Made by a program: the position numbers and the translations under genes. Below are positions 26,868 to 36,901 of a stretch of 64,000 nucleotides of DNA, piece by piece. Under the pieces are notes generated by a model. That model worked only from the letters and a program-made list of their open reading frames with translations, did no database searches and was not told the DNA's origin. Source of the stretch: Thermoproteus sp. UBA157 (GTDB lineage: Archaea > Thermoproteota > Thermoprotei > Thermoproteales > Thermoproteaceae); the NCBI GenBank assembly GCA_002497345.1, contig DANS01000018.1, positions 92,247-156,246 of the forward strand. The letters run 5' to 3'. Positions within the stretch are counted from its first letter, which is position 1, and each line of letters begins with the position of its first letter.

Positions 26868-28028
26868 ATGGCCCGCCTGGCCCGCTATTACCGCGAATAC
26901 GGGATAAGGATAGTGAAGGGCAGTATGCAGTATCTCTGGGATGATCAAGGCAGACAATATATCGATTGCAACACGAACCACGGAGTGGCGTTTCTGGGCC
27001 ACACTAACCCCTACATAGTCGAGGCTGTTAGAAGGCAACTGGAGGAGGTGTGGGCGGTCCCCCTTAATTTCGCCACGCCGGCCAGGGAGAGGTTCGTGGA
27101 GGCCTTCTCAAAACTGCTCCCGGCTAAGTTCGGCGTTATCTTCTTGCAGAACACGGGCACCGAGGCGGTGGAGACCGCCATAAAAATAGCCAAGAAGATC
27201 ACAAGGAGGCCCACCATAGTGGCCTTCACCAATAGCTTCCACGGGAGGACCATGGGCTCCCTCTCAGTCACGTGGAACGAAGCATACCGCAAGGCGTTCG
27301 AGCCGCTGTATCCCCACGCGAGGTTCGGCAAGTTCAACGTGGCCTCCGAGGTCGAGAAAGTAATAGGCGAGGATACGTGTTGCGCAATCGTGGAGCCAAT
27401 ACAGGGAGAAGGCGGCGTTAACCCAGCCACGCCGGAGTTCCTCAAGGCGCTTCGCGAAGAGACGACGAGGAAGGGGGCCCTCTTGATATTCGACGAGGTG
27501 CAGACGGGCTTCGGCAGAACGGGCGCGATCTGGGCGTTCCAGAAATACGGCGTTGAGCCCGACCTCTTCACGGCGGGCAAGGCGCTAGGCGGCGGCCTCC
27601 CCATAGGCGTGGTTGTGGCCAAGGAGGAATACGGCGATGTCTTCGAGCCGGGAGAGCACGGCTCGACGTTCGCAGGAAACGCAGTAGTGATGGCGGCGGC
27701 CGCCGCGGCGTCTGAGCTGTTATTGAAGGACGACGTGCCTGCGAGGGCCGAGTCCATGGGCAAGGAGCTCGCCAAAGCCCTCTCCGAGCACGGCTCCAGG
27801 ATAGGCCTTAGGGTGAAGGGCATGGGGCTTATGCAAGGGCTGGAGTTGAGAGTTAAGGCGGATCAGTTCATACAGCCGCTCGCCTCCATGGGCGTCTTGG
27901 CGTTGACAGCCGGCATGAACGTCTTGAGGTTCCTACCCCCCTATATGATAACCAGGGAGGACGTGGAGCGCATCGGCCGAGCCGTGTCCGCGGTGTTGAG
28001 GAGCGCTGATATAGGACGGGGCGCGTGA
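26868..28028 (+). CDS. lysJ: Class III aminotransferase, [LysW]-aminoadipate semialdehyde / glutamate semialdehyde transaminase
   Basis: GTEAVETAIK, FHGRTMG, EPIQGEGG, DEVQTGFGRTG and HGSTFAGN motifs. Confidence 0.88.
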   Translation: MARLARYYREYGIRIVKGSMQYLWDDQGRQYIDCNTNHGVAFLGHTNPYIVEAVRRQLEEVWAVPLNFATPARERFVEAFSKLLPAKFGVIFLQNTGTEAVETAIKIAKKITRRPTIVAFTNSFHGRTMGSLSVTWNEAYRKAFEPLYPHARFGKFNVASEVEKVIGEDTCCAIVEPIQGEGGVNPATPEFLKALREETTRKGALLIFDEVQTGFGRTGAIWAFQKYGVEPDLFTAGKALGGGLPIGVVVAKEEYGDVFEPGEHGSTFAGNAVVMAAAAAASELLLKDDVPARAESMGKELAKALSEHGSRIGLRVKGMGLMQGLELRVKADQFIQPLASMGVLALTAGMNVLRFLPPYMITREDVERIGRAVSAVLRSADIGRGA

Positions 28029-28032
28029 GGAC

Positions 28033-29007
28033 ATGAAGGTGGTAGTTGTCGGTTGCCGGGGGTGGGGACAAGTACATCTACGCGCCTTGAGCCAGCTAGG
28101 CTTAGATCTAGAAATAGTGGAGAGGAACAAGGAAGCGGCGAGGACTTGCATTGAGAAATATGGCGTTAAGAAAGTCCACGAGGATTACTCCTCGGCGCTC
28201 TCCTCGGACGCCGACATAGTCGATCTCGTCGTGCCCCACCACCTTCACAAGGATATGACGCTGGCAGCTCTCAAGGCTGGTAAACACGTGTTGGTCGAGA
28301 AGCCGATCGCGAGGAACGAAAAGGAGGCGCTGGACATGATAAACGCGGCCAAGGCGGCTCGCAAGAAACTGATGGTGACGGATCAGTTTCACTTTGACCC
28401 TGCGGTCAAGGCTGTGATGGGGTTGATTAGGGAGGGTCGGCTGGGCAGAGTCCACACGATCATAGTGAGATCTCAAGTATTGGGAAGGCCTAGAGATTGG
28501 CGCACTAGGCTCGAGGAGATGGGCGGAGGCGCCCTCATCGACGGAGGAGTCCACTTCGTTAACACTCTGCTGAACTTCGGAGGCGAATACGTGGAGGTCA
28601 AGGCATATGCATATAGGGCGTTCGTGCAAATGGAGGGAGACGACACATCGATGGCCTTGTTCAAGTTCAAGTCGGGGGCCTACGGCCTCTTCTTCTACAG
28701 TTGGGCATATCCCAACCCGCCCCTCCTCCCCTCCTACGAGGTCGTGGGCGATGCCGGCGTCGTGGTGGAGGATCTTGAGACCAAGAGGAAGACGTGGGCT
28801 CCGCCTAGATATAGGGTCTACGGCGACCCCGTGCTGAACGGCCAGAAGTTGGATATACCCGACGTCGACGTCTTCGCTGAGATGTTCAAAGGGTTTATCG
28901 AGGCCGTAGAGGAGGACCTCGAGGTGCCTTATCCGCCTGAGCTAGCCCTGAGGGATCTAAAGGGCGTTTTAGATATATACAGAGCCGCCGGAGTCCCGTG
29001 GGTTTAA
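28033..29007 (+). CDS. Gfo/Idh/MocA family oxidoreductase
   Basis: GKHVLVEKP and GGGALIDGGVH motifs. Confidence 0.92.
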   Translation: MKVVVVGCRGWGQVHLRALSQLGLDLEIVERNKEAARTCIEKYGVKKVHEDYSSALSSDADIVDLVVPHHLHKDMTLAALKAGKHVLVEKPIARNEKEALDMINAAKAARKKLMVTDQFHFDPAVKAVMGLIREGRLGRVHTIIVRSQVLGRPRDWRTRLEEMGGGALIDGGVHFVNTLLNFGGEYVEVKAYAYRAFVQMEGDDTSMALFKFKSGAYGLFFYSWAYPNPPLLPSYEVVGDAGVVVEDLETKRKTWAPPRYRVYGDPVLNGQKLDIPDVDVFAEMFKGFIEAVEEDLEVPYPPELALRDLKGVLDIYRAAGVPWV

Positions 29008-29220
29008 ACCATCAATAGCCGCGAAGCCTAGAGGCGAGAACGGATGCCTATTCCCCTAAAGGCCGCCGGCTATGGTAAGCGCCGACGCGTTCGCCACAAA
29101 GGATCCCAAGACCGCGCCTAACAAGATGCTCCTTCAGCGATCCGTGCAAGTTCTCGGGTATCTGGCTTTAAAACTTAAAGGCGTGCCGTGGCTTAGAGAA
29201 AGGCTAAATTCACATCCACC

Positions 29221-30642
29221 TTGGTTCGCGTGGTTGTTATAATCAGATACGCCGAGCTGGCGATAAAAAGAGGGAAGACGAGGAGGGAGATGGAGGCATT
29301 ATTGATCGCATCGGTGAGAGAGGCCGCCGCTAACTGCGGGGGGCTCAAGTTCAGAGTAGAGCCGGGCCGCATCTTCGTGTATTCCAACAACGATAGGTGT
29401 ATCGCCGAAGCCGCCACCCGGGTATTCGGCGTGAGGTCAGCGAGCCCTGCGGTCGAGGATACCTTCAATTCTCTGGAGGACCTCGCAGCCAGAGTCGCCG
29501 AACATTGGAGGGACCTCGTCGGCGGGAGGACCTTCGCCGTGAGGGCTCACAGAGTCGGCGCTCACAGCTTCACGTCGAGAGATGTAGCAGCTAAGCTCGG
29601 CGAGTTGCTGGTGAAGGCGGGCGGGAGGGTTGACCTCGAGAACCCTCAAGTCGAGATCTTCGTCGAAGTAAGGGGTGATAAGGTCTACTCCTACACGGAG
29701 ATCTACGAGGGACCCGGCGGACTTCCCCTGGGCTCCGAGGGGAAGGTCCTAGCCCTCGTATCAGGCGGCATAGACTCCCCCGTGGCAGCTTGGTACATGA
29801 TGCGCAGAGGCGCCTATGTCGATGTGCTGTACTGTAATTTGGGAGGCGTCTTGACGGAAGCAGCTGCCTTGAGGGTCGTGGACAAGTTACTGGAATGGGC
29901 TCACGGCTACGACGCCAAGGTGCTCGTGGCCGACTGCGCCCCCATAGCCGACGCGATACGCCGAGGCGTGGACCACCACCTCTGGTCGATCGCCTTCAAG
30001 CGCGCGTTGTATAAGCTGGCCGAGAGGGCCGCCAAGCTCGTGAGGGCAGAGGCCATCGCGACAGGCGAGTCCTTGGGCCAAGTCTCCTCGCAGACGCTCC
30101 AAGCGCTGGCTGCAGTCGAAAGGGGAATCGACTTGCCGGTGTTTAGGCCGTTGATAGGGCTGGACAAGGAAGACATAGTGCGTATAGCTCAGAAGATAGG
30201 GACATACGATCTCTCCGTGATGGTTCCCGAGTACTGCGGGATATTCTCTAAGGAGCCGAGAAGGTGGGCCTCCAAGGCGGAAATAGAAATGATAGACTTA
30301 TACGTACACGACGCCGTTGAAGAAGCCCTAGCCACTATTAAAATTATCAAGAAGAGCGAGCTAAAATCGGCCATAGCCTCGATATCGTCCGCCGCGAGCG
30401 ATCTGGTGATAGATAAAGTGCCCGAGGGCGCGATACTCGTGGATTTGAGGGACCAGAAGTCCTACGCCAAGTGGCATCTACCCGGCGCAATAAGAGTCGA
30501 GCTGGATAAGGTATTCGATTTCGTTGAGAAACACGGCAAGGACAAGGTCTACGTCTTCTACTGCCACGAAGGGGCTTTGAGCGCAGACGTGGCAGAACGT
30601 CTTAGGAGATCTGGCTACAAGTCATATAGTCTAAAATTATAA
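29221..30642 (+). CDS. thiI: tRNA sulfurtransferase ThiI with C-terminal rhodanese domain
   Basis: IRYAELAIK, THUMP region, GPGGLP, SGGIDS, TGESLGQVSSQT and RPLIG motifs; rhodanese region HLPGA...FYCHEG. Confidence 0.93.
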   Translation: MVRVVVIIRYAELAIKRGKTRREMEALLIASVREAAANCGGLKFRVEPGRIFVYSNNDRCIAEAATRVFGVRSASPAVEDTFNSLEDLAARVAEHWRDLVGGRTFAVRAHRVGAHSFTSRDVAAKLGELLVKAGGRVDLENPQVEIFVEVRGDKVYSYTEIYEGPGGLPLGSEGKVLALVSGGIDSPVAAWYMMRRGAYVDVLYCNLGGVLTEAAALRVVDKLLEWAHGYDAKVLVADCAPIADAIRRGVDHHLWSIAFKRALYKLAERAAKLVRAEAIATGESLGQVSSQTLQALAAVERGIDLPVFRPLIGLDKEDIVRIAQKIGTYDLSVMVPEYCGIFSKEPRRWASKAEIEMIDLYVHDAVEEALATIKIIKKSELKSAIASISSAASDLVIDKVPEGAILVDLRDQKSYAKWHLPGAIRVELDKVFDFVEKHGKDKVYVFYCHEGALSADVAERLRRSGYKSYSLKL

Positions 30643-30714
30643 TGATAGATTATTTATTAATGTAATATTAAAATAATTACGTATAAGCTACACATACCTA
30701 GCTAGTTATATATA

Positions 30715-30734
30715 ATTACATGAGGAAATGTAAT
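30715..30734. promoter_or_regulatory. Inverted repeat ATTACAT-N6-ATGTAAT upstream of the DUF981 gene, candidate operator
   Basis: Read directly (attacat gaggaa atgtaat). Same half-sites and spacing as 9462-9481. Confidence 0.65.
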
Positions 30735-30766
30735 AAGGCTTTTTAGGTTAAAACATACGCACGCAT

Positions 30767-31396
30767 ATGCCGCTGTTCCAGGATCCGTTAGATCTGTGGC
30801 TCGACGTATTGGGCACAACTCTGCTCGCAACCGCATATTGGCTGTGCCTCAACTTTGCCTCAAAGGCGCCTATAGGCGCAAAGCAAGCCTTCAATAAATC
30901 CTTCGGCTATTTCTACATAGCCTTGGGCATCTACGCGTTGGCATCGGGCTTGTGGGCCACGGCCACGTGGCCGTTCCCGAGCTCCTACAACTTGGTATTC
31001 TCGGACTCGTGGCCTCTTTTCGGCATCTCCTTGTTGATTCTAGGTTTGGCCAACATCAAGGCCGAGGTTGCTGGAGAGGAGGGCGTACATTATGTGCGGG
31101 GCGCCCTTGCGGGCGTGGCGGCCTTGTCCCTAGTGCCGTTTGTATACGCGTTCGACATCTGGAGCTACGGACTAACGAACGAGCCGGCATTAGCCGGCTT
31201 GTTGTTCTTTGCGATAGGCCTAGCCGGCTTGTTGAGCCCGTTGTTGACCCACAAGAAGGCGGCCAAGGGCATAGCGTACTTGCTAATGTTGTTGCTGGTC
31301 GTAGCCGGCTTGATCTCGCTACTGATAGGCGTCGAGGCCATCTTCGCGCACACGAAGGCTTGGTGGAGCTGGACGCCTTGGTACGGAGCACACTAA
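30767..31396 (+). CDS. DUF981 family multi-pass membrane protein
   Basis: About six hydrophobic segments; TWPFPSSYNLVF and YGLTNEP motifs. Confidence 0.8.
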   Translation: MPLFQDPLDLWLDVLGTTLLATAYWLCLNFASKAPIGAKQAFNKSFGYFYIALGIYALASGLWATATWPFPSSYNLVFSDSWPLFGISLLILGLANIKAEVAGEEGVHYVRGALAGVAALSLVPFVYAFDIWSYGLTNEPALAGLLFFAIGLAGLLSPLLTHKKAAKGIAYLLMLLLVVAGLISLLIGVEAIFAHTKAWWSWTPWYGAH

Positions 31397-31427
31397 CGGG
31401 CTAGGTTTTTCGCTAATACCGAAGTCG

Positions 31428-32660
31428 TTATTCTACATCGAGCACGTCCAGCTCCACCACCTCCAGCGAGGTCCCCAACGTCTCGGCAATGCTCGGTTGC
31501 GTGCGCCCGCCATCTCCGTTGATGAACTCCTTCACATATAGGCCTCCTTGACATCTGATGAAAAGCTCCAGGACCCGCTCGGAGACCAAGCGCGCCTCAA
31601 CGTTGTAGACCATCCTCCTCCTCTTTGCTCTGGGGTTTAGCCTCTTTATCCTCCTTGGTGTTCTCTGCACGACAACAGCGCCTTCGAGCGCTTTGAGCTT
31701 GGCCAAGTCGTCGCCCGACAAAGGCCTATCGGATAACGCCAGTGCTCTGTAGAGCTTTATGCTGGTTTTAGCCTTGGCCTTCAGCTCCCTTACGTCGTTC
31801 CTCGTGCCGTAGCTGAGCCGCGATACGATAACCCCATCGACGGCTAGTCCAGAGAGATCTCCCTTGTACTTATCGGGCTCCTTTATCTCGATCACCATGG
31901 GCCTCCCGTTGCCCAACATCCTAACGTCGACGTCCTCCCGCCCTGCGGCGTGGAACACGAGCGATCTGCCGCCGAATCTGGCCCTTATAGGATCCAAGAG
32001 CTCCTCCACAACTCTGGCGGCTCCGGGCACCAGCCTCCCCTGCGATACGACGCGGCTGAGCTTCAGATAACGGCCTATCAGGAGGAGAGGATTGCGGGAG
32101 ACCTTGACCGATCCGTCGGCCAAGTTAACCGTCGCCACCACGTCGGGCCTCTCCTTGTTGACGGGCTTCTTGAGAGCCTCGCCGACAAGCCTACCTATTC
32201 TCCTATTGATTTCGTGCTTGATGGACTCGCCTGTTTGAATGCCGAATTTGGCCATCACCTCCCTCTCCCTCTCGAGGACGTCCTTTGGTATCACCGAGCC
32301 CACTTGGAACGTGTTGAAGTCTATGGGCTGGAGGGCCTTGACGACGCCCTCGGCGTACTTCTCCACGTCTTTCAACAAGCCTCTGCACACGTAACAAGGC
32401 GCTTCCTCGACCTTGATCCCGTTCGCCGCGAGGAACCTCCGAGTCGGCGCGTGCACTCTGGCCAAGGCCTTGAGGTCCTCTGATACGTCAACGCCGTTTC
32501 TGTAGTCGTAGACCAGCCTCATGTGGAGCAGGGTCTTAATGGCGTACCCCCTCTCGGCGTTTTCTATGCCGTATCCCATCGAGGCGAAGAGCCTGCCCAA
32601 GCAAAAGTCGCAGAGCGGATAAGCGCGTAGTATCTCCCTAGCCTTCTCGACTGGGTCCAC
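31428..32660 (-). CDS. pus10: tRNA pseudouridine(54/55) synthase Pus10
   Basis: LCDFCLGR, GRYLKLSR, FHAAGREDVDVRMLGNGRP and GGLYVKEFINGDGGRT motifs. Confidence 0.95.
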   Translation of the reverse strand: MDPVEKAREILRAYPLCDFCLGRLFASMGYGIENAERGYAIKTLLHMRLVYDYRNGVDVSEDLKALARVHAPTRRFLAANGIKVEEAPCYVCRGLLKDVEKYAEGVVKALQPIDFNTFQVGSVIPKDVLEREREVMAKFGIQTGESIKHEINRRIGRLVGEALKKPVNKERPDVVATVNLADGSVKVSRNPLLLIGRYLKLSRVVSQGRLVPGAARVVEELLDPIRARFGGRSLVFHAAGREDVDVRMLGNGRPMVIEIKEPDKYKGDLSGLAVDGVIVSRLSYGTRNDVRELKAKAKTSIKLYRALALSDRPLSGDDLAKLKALEGAVVVQRTPRRIKRLNPRAKRRRMVYNVEARLVSERVLELFIRCQGGLYVKEFINGDGGRTQPSIAETLGTSLEVVELDVLDVE

Positions 32661-32679
32661 GTCGCGGCCATCGCAGAGC

Positions 32680-33159
32680 TTATAAAGCTCTCCGCCGTCG
32701 TAGCTCGCGATCGGCCTCTATGTTGATCACGGCGAATTGGTGGTGGGGCTCCATGTCGTTTAGGCCAGCGCCGCAGTCCGCCTCGAGCCTCGTCGGCTCT
32801 AAATAGGCGATGTATGTGAAGTCCTCCGGGGGTTTACAAACTCCACGACCGCCGTCTATCAAAGGCCTCCTCGCGAGCTCCTCCAGCTTCACCCCCCTAA
32901 TCAGCTTAACTCCGGGATGGCGGGCCCCCCTTAAGCCCTTCCTCAACAACCCAGTAGACGACTCCTCGTCGGGAAACAGAGCCTTGATGGCGCTTCCCAG
33001 CACCCTTAAGGCCAAGCCCATATCGACGAAATAGGCCACGAATTCGGCGTCTTTCCTTATGCCGTTGGAGATCAGCAGAGCTGCCACGAGGGCCTTGCCG
33101 TGGACGTAGGGCCTTTCCTCGAACGCCCTAGATGAGGTTACCAGCAAGAAACGCCTCAT
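32680..33159 (-). CDS. TrmY-like SPOUT methyltransferase (tRNA m1-pseudouridine54)
   Basis: MRRF...ALLISNGIRKD...PDEES...PGV pattern; lies between srp54 and pus10; short and divergent. Confidence 0.7.
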   Translation of the reverse strand: MRRFLLVTSSRAFEERPYVHGKALVAALLISNGIRKDAEFVAYFVDMGLALRVLGSAIKALFPDEESSTGLLRKGLRGARHPGVKLIRGVKLEELARRPLIDGGRGVCKPPEDFTYIAYLEPTRLEADCGAGLNDMEPHHQFAVINIEADRELRRRRAL

Positions 33160-34469
33160 TGAATGCGCATGTTCCGTGCCCCGAGCCTGTACTGGCGCCT
33201 CAACATCTTCGTCATCTTCCTCATGGACTCGTACACCCTCAACATGTCCTTGACGTCTTTAGGGGTTACGCCGGCGCCCAAGGCTATGCGCCTGATCCTA
33301 GAGGCGTTGAGTATGCTGGGATCTTTCAGCTCCTCCACGGTCATGGAGCTGAGGATGGCGCGCCACTTCTTTAAGTTCTTCTGCGATAGCTCTATCTGTT
33401 CCTCGTTTATTTTGGAGGCGAGCGTGCCGGGGAGCAGCTCGAGCACCTTGCTGAGAGGCCCCAGCTTCAGCAACGCGTCTATTTGTTTCTTGAAAGTCAA
33501 CAAGTCCATGCGGCCGCTCTCCATCTCCTCCAAGACCTCCTCCTCCTCGAGGACGGCCTTGATGCGCTCCACCAAGGCCTCCAGATCGCCCATGCCTAAC
33601 ACCCTCGCCGCGAACTTCCTGGGGCTGAACGGCTCGATCTCGTCGATCCCCTCGCCGACGCCGATGAACTTCACCCTAGCCCCCGTCTTGGCTATTGCGG
33701 CGAGCGCCCCTCCGCCTCTAGCGGTGCTGTCCATCTTCGTTATCGCGACGCTGTGTATGGGCACATATTTCATGAACGCCTCAGCTTGGGCTGCGGCTTG
33801 GCGGCCCACAGTTGCGTCGACGACGAGCACGACCTCGTCGGGCTTCACGGCCTCGTAGATAGCCTTGACCTCTCGCAACAACGCCTCCTCGTTTCTGTGG
33901 CGGCCCGCCGTGTCTATTATTATCAAGTCGGCGCCCTTCAGCCGCTCCAAGCCCCGTCTGGCTATCTCCACGGCGTCTTTCCCCTCCCTTTCGCCGTAGA
34001 ACTGGGCCCCGATTTTTTCCGAAAGTTGCTTGAGCTGGTCGTAAGCCGCCGGCCTGATTGTGTCGGTCTCGATAAGACCCACCCTAGTTCCGCGTTTCAT
34101 GTAGAAGAGGGCTATCTTGGCGGCCGTCGTCGTCTTGCCGCTGCCCTCAACGCCGAGCAACATCACTACGTAAGGCCTTTTGGGAAGCCGCAAGTCCGGC
34201 TCGGCCTCGCCTCCCAACAGCTTCACAAGCTCTTGATATATCACATAAACGAGGAAGTCCTTAAGGGGTATCCCCGGCGGGGGCCTCTCCTCCCTTATTC
34301 TCTTAATCGCCGATTCGCTGAACGATTTGACGAGATCTAGGGGCACATCGGCCTTCAGCAACGACCTCTGGAGCTCGCGCGAGATCTCCGAAAGCGTCTG
34401 CTCGTCGATGTAGTCGACGCCTTTTATCTTCTCCACGATTTTCGAAAACACCTCGACTAACGGACGCAC
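33156..34469 (-). CDS. srp54: Signal recognition particle protein SRP54
   Basis: GVEGSGKTT, DTAGR, TKMD..ARGGGAL, LGMGD and M-domain SRIRRIA.GAG. Start trimmed to GTG at 34469. Confidence 0.96.
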   Translation of the reverse strand: MRPLVEVFSKIVEKIKGVDYIDEQTLSEISRELQRSLLKADVPLDLVKSFSESAIKRIREERPPPGIPLKDFLVYVIYQELVKLLGGEAEPDLRLPKRPYVVMLLGVEGSGKTTTAAKIALFYMKRGTRVGLIETDTIRPAAYDQLKQLSEKIGAQFYGEREGKDAVEIARRGLERLKGADLIIIDTAGRHRNEEALLREVKAIYEAVKPDEVVLVVDATVGRQAAAQAEAFMKYVPIHSVAITKMDSTARGGGALAAIAKTGARVKFIGVGEGIDEIEPFSPRKFAARVLGMGDLEALVERIKAVLEEEEVLEEMESGRMDLLTFKKQIDALLKLGPLSKVLELLPGTLASKINEEQIELSQKNLKKWRAILSSMTVEELKDPSILNASRIRRIALGAGVTPKDVKDMLRVYESMRKMTKMLRRQYRLGARNMRIQ

Positions 34470-34495
34470 GAAGTTGTCGATCCTTATTATAAAAG

Positions 34496-35251
34496 CTATT
34501 TCCCGAGCAGAATCAAGGTTGCCTGCGCCAAGAATAACGCCAAGAGGATGGAGGTCAAGGCCTTCATGAAATCCCATATCTTGACGATTCTCACCCTCCG
34601 CGAGGCGGCCGTGCCAAGTAGAGTGCTGTACACCAATAACGTAAACGACATGGGCACCTTAAACGCCGTGCCAACAATTGCTAATAAAGATGCCGATGCG
34701 CTGGCCGACACCGCGCCGCTGAACGAGAAGGCGTATAGCCTTATTATCCATCTGGAGAAGCCCAGCCCCAGGTAGTTGCCCAGAACTATAGGCACTATTA
34801 CGTATACATCCTTGGCGATCACCGCGATGTTGTTTACGCCGAACATGAACGTGTTAGCGATCAACATAACATACCCCGTTACGATAGATGGCTTCATGGC
34901 CCTTCCCGCCAAATAGCCGAGCCCGAAGGCCAAGACGGGAGTTCCGAACCACAAGGCGATCGATTCAACGGTTAAGCCCTTCAGCGTATATAGGAAGATG
35001 GAAATCGGCAAGGATATCTTAATCGAGGTGAAGGCGGCGTAGAAGACCAGAGCTGCTAAGTACTCGGACTGGCCGAATTTCAACGGAGACATGGGCGATA
35101 GGAGGGTCCCTGCTATTTCCGAAATGGTTGCGATTATCAACGTCCTTCTAGGCGTCATGCCTCCCCACGCCAGGGGTCCCAGGACCACCAAGGCGTTGTT
35201 GTACACGAGCGCGAAGACCAAGGCCAGCGCCAGTAACTCGTCTATGTACAT
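34496..35251 (-). CDS. Membrane protein, divergent PiT/PHO4 phosphate transporter-like
   Basis: Hydrophobic; duplicated xNN signature (VYNNA, GVNNIA) and LPIS / VPMS repeats. Confidence 0.6.
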   Translation of the reverse strand: MYIDELLALALVFALVYNNALVVLGPLAWGGMTPRRTLIIATISEIAGTLLSPMSPLKFGQSEYLAALVFYAAFTSIKISLPISIFLYTLKGLTVESIALWFGTPVLAFGLGYLAGRAMKPSIVTGYVMLIANTFMFGVNNIAVIAKDVYVIVPIVLGNYLGLGFSRWIIRLYAFSFSGAVSASASASLLAIVGTAFKVPMSFTLLVYSTLLGTAASRRVRIVKIWDFMKALTSILLALFLAQATLILLGK

Positions 35252-35295
35252 AAGATATCGCCTTGCGATAAATTTTATATAAGTTCATCTAGCCC

Positions 35296-35964
35296 ATGAT
35301 GCCTAAGACCAAGGAGGAATTGGCGAGGCTAATCGACCACACCATACTGAACCCGGCAGCTACGCCCAAAGACGTGGAGCGCTATTGCAGAGAGGTGTTG
35401 GAGTACGGCTTCTGGGGGGTGATGGTGAATCCGTTCTACGTGTCGTACGCTAAGGCGATAGTGGGGAATAGAGCTAAGGTCATGTCCGTTGTGGGATTTC
35501 CCTTCGGCGCCACTAAGCCCTCCCTGAAGGCGCAAGAGGCCGAAGCGGCGTTGAACGACGGAGCCGACGAGATAGACATGGTCATGAACGTGGGGGCCTT
35601 CAAGGCGGGGCTATACGAAATAGTCGCCAGGGAGATCAAGGCCGTGGCGTCGGTGGTCCACGACTACGGGGGCATCCTCAAGGTGATAATAGAAACCGGC
35701 TATTTAACGCCCGATGAGATAGCGAAGGCATCTCTCCTAGCTGTCGAGTCCGGCGCTGACTTCGTGAAGACGAGCACGGGCTACGGCCCCCGCGGCGCCA
35801 CGGTGGAGGATGTAGCTATAATCAGGAAGGCGGTGGGCGATAGAGCCGGCGTTAAGGCCGCCGGCGGCATAAGAACCGCGGAGCAAGCCATCGCGATGAT
35901 AAAAGCGGGCGCAAATAGAATAGGGTCAAGCCACGGCGTTGATATAATCAACACGTTCAAGTAG
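35296..35964 (+). CDS. deoC: Deoxyribose-phosphate aldolase
   Basis: IDHTIL, VGFPFG, GADEIDMV, FVKTSTG and VKAAGGIR motifs. Confidence 0.96.
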   Translation: MMPKTKEELARLIDHTILNPAATPKDVERYCREVLEYGFWGVMVNPFYVSYAKAIVGNRAKVMSVVGFPFGATKPSLKAQEAEAALNDGADEIDMVMNVGAFKAGLYEIVAREIKAVASVVHDYGGILKVIIETGYLTPDEIAKASLLAVESGADFVKTSTGYGPRGATVEDVAIIRKAVGDRAGVKAAGGIRTAEQAIAMIKAGANRIGSSHGVDIINTFK

Positions 35965-36901
35965 GTATAGTTGAAACATATGACGGCATATCTTCGCGAT
36001 ATGTTATTGCTTTCAACGCCTTGGCCTCGGCCAAGTTCTCCTCCTTTCTTTTCAACGCGCCGGGATCTTTGACAAGCTCTTGGCCAATCTGAGTGGGCCT
36101 TCCTTGAGTCATGTTAACATATGTAAAATAGCCGCTCGCGACTTCTCTTTTGCCCCTAAGCCCCTTGGCCGTAATTCTGAACGCCACCTCGAGGCTTGTG
36201 CGGCCCACGTAGTCCACGCCTCCTCGTATCTCCACTATATCGCTCACGTATATAGGCCTTCTGAAATTGATGGAGTTCAAGCTCGCGGTGACGTAGATGC
36301 CCGGCTTGTAGTTGAACGCAATTATCGCTCCGATTTGGTCCAAATGGTAGAGCAATCTACCGCCGTACATCAAATCGCCGTATATGGCGTCTTCGGGCAT
36401 GACTTGAATATAGCTCACTAACGGGAGATCCTCGGCGAGCGGCTCACGCCTCAGCTCGGGCTCCACTTGCTCGCGCCATTTGGAGAAGTGCGCGAGTAGC
36501 CGCCTCTCCCAATCGCTATGCGCCTCGAGCCCTCTGTTGACGGGCACGGGCCTATCGTCGGGCCCTATCTTCACGAAGATCATGCGAGCTATCGTCGCCA
36601 ACGAGAAGCCCTCCTGCCTCTTAACATAGGCCTCAACCAAAGTAGTCATGCTGGATTTTCTGACGTGTACTACCCAAGCCCTCAGCTTGACTATATCGCC
36701 CATGTGCACCGGAGTCACGAAATGCATACGATCGAGATAGCCGAGCACTACGTTGGATTCGGAGAAGTTCATGGCGGCGATTGTGCCCGCGTCGACGAGC
36801 CATTGTAGCATGTAGCCGCCGTATAAATTGCCCAACGGGTTGATGTAGTGGGGGGCGACCAACCTCACCACTTCCACCCTCGTGTCGGATATGGCTGTCA
36901 T
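35957..36901 (-). CDS. Double-hotdog acyl-CoA thioesterase
   Basis: Two hotdog repeats (NPLGNLYGG...D; YGDLMYGG...D) and GRTSLEV. Confidence 0.88.
   Translation of the reverse strand: MTAISDTRVEVVRLVAPHYINPLGNLYGGYMLQWLVDAGTIAAMNFSESNVVLGYLDRMHFVTPVHMGDIVKLRAWVVHVRKSSMTTLVEAYVKRQEGFSLATIARMIFVKIGPDDRPVPVNRGLEAHSDWERRLLAHFSKWREQVEPELRREPLAEDLPLVSYIQVMPEDAIYGDLMYGGRLLYHLDQIGAIIAFNYKPGIYVTASLNSINFRRPIYVSDIVEIRGGVDYVGRTSLEVAFRITAKGLRGKREVASGYFTYVNMTQGRPTQIGQELVKDPGALKRKEENLAEAKALKAITYREDMPSYVSTIPT

Noticed and set aside
27011-27823. Long antisense ORFs (e.g. 27011-27823, 33163-33858, 52094-52714, 61011-61688, 6330-6998)
   Set aside because: They lie opposite well-supported genes and have Ser/Thr/Pro- or Arg/His-skewed composition typical of shadow frames in GC-rich DNA.
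34470-34577. N-terminal extensions in the supplied ORF track (SRP54, SfsA, PCNA, DsrC, GlnA, GATase, Spt4, acyl-CoA dehydrogenase, DUF35s, HerA-like)
   Set aside because: The extensions overlap neighbouring genes or run through TATA elements; downstream starts match family N-termini and ATGA coupling.
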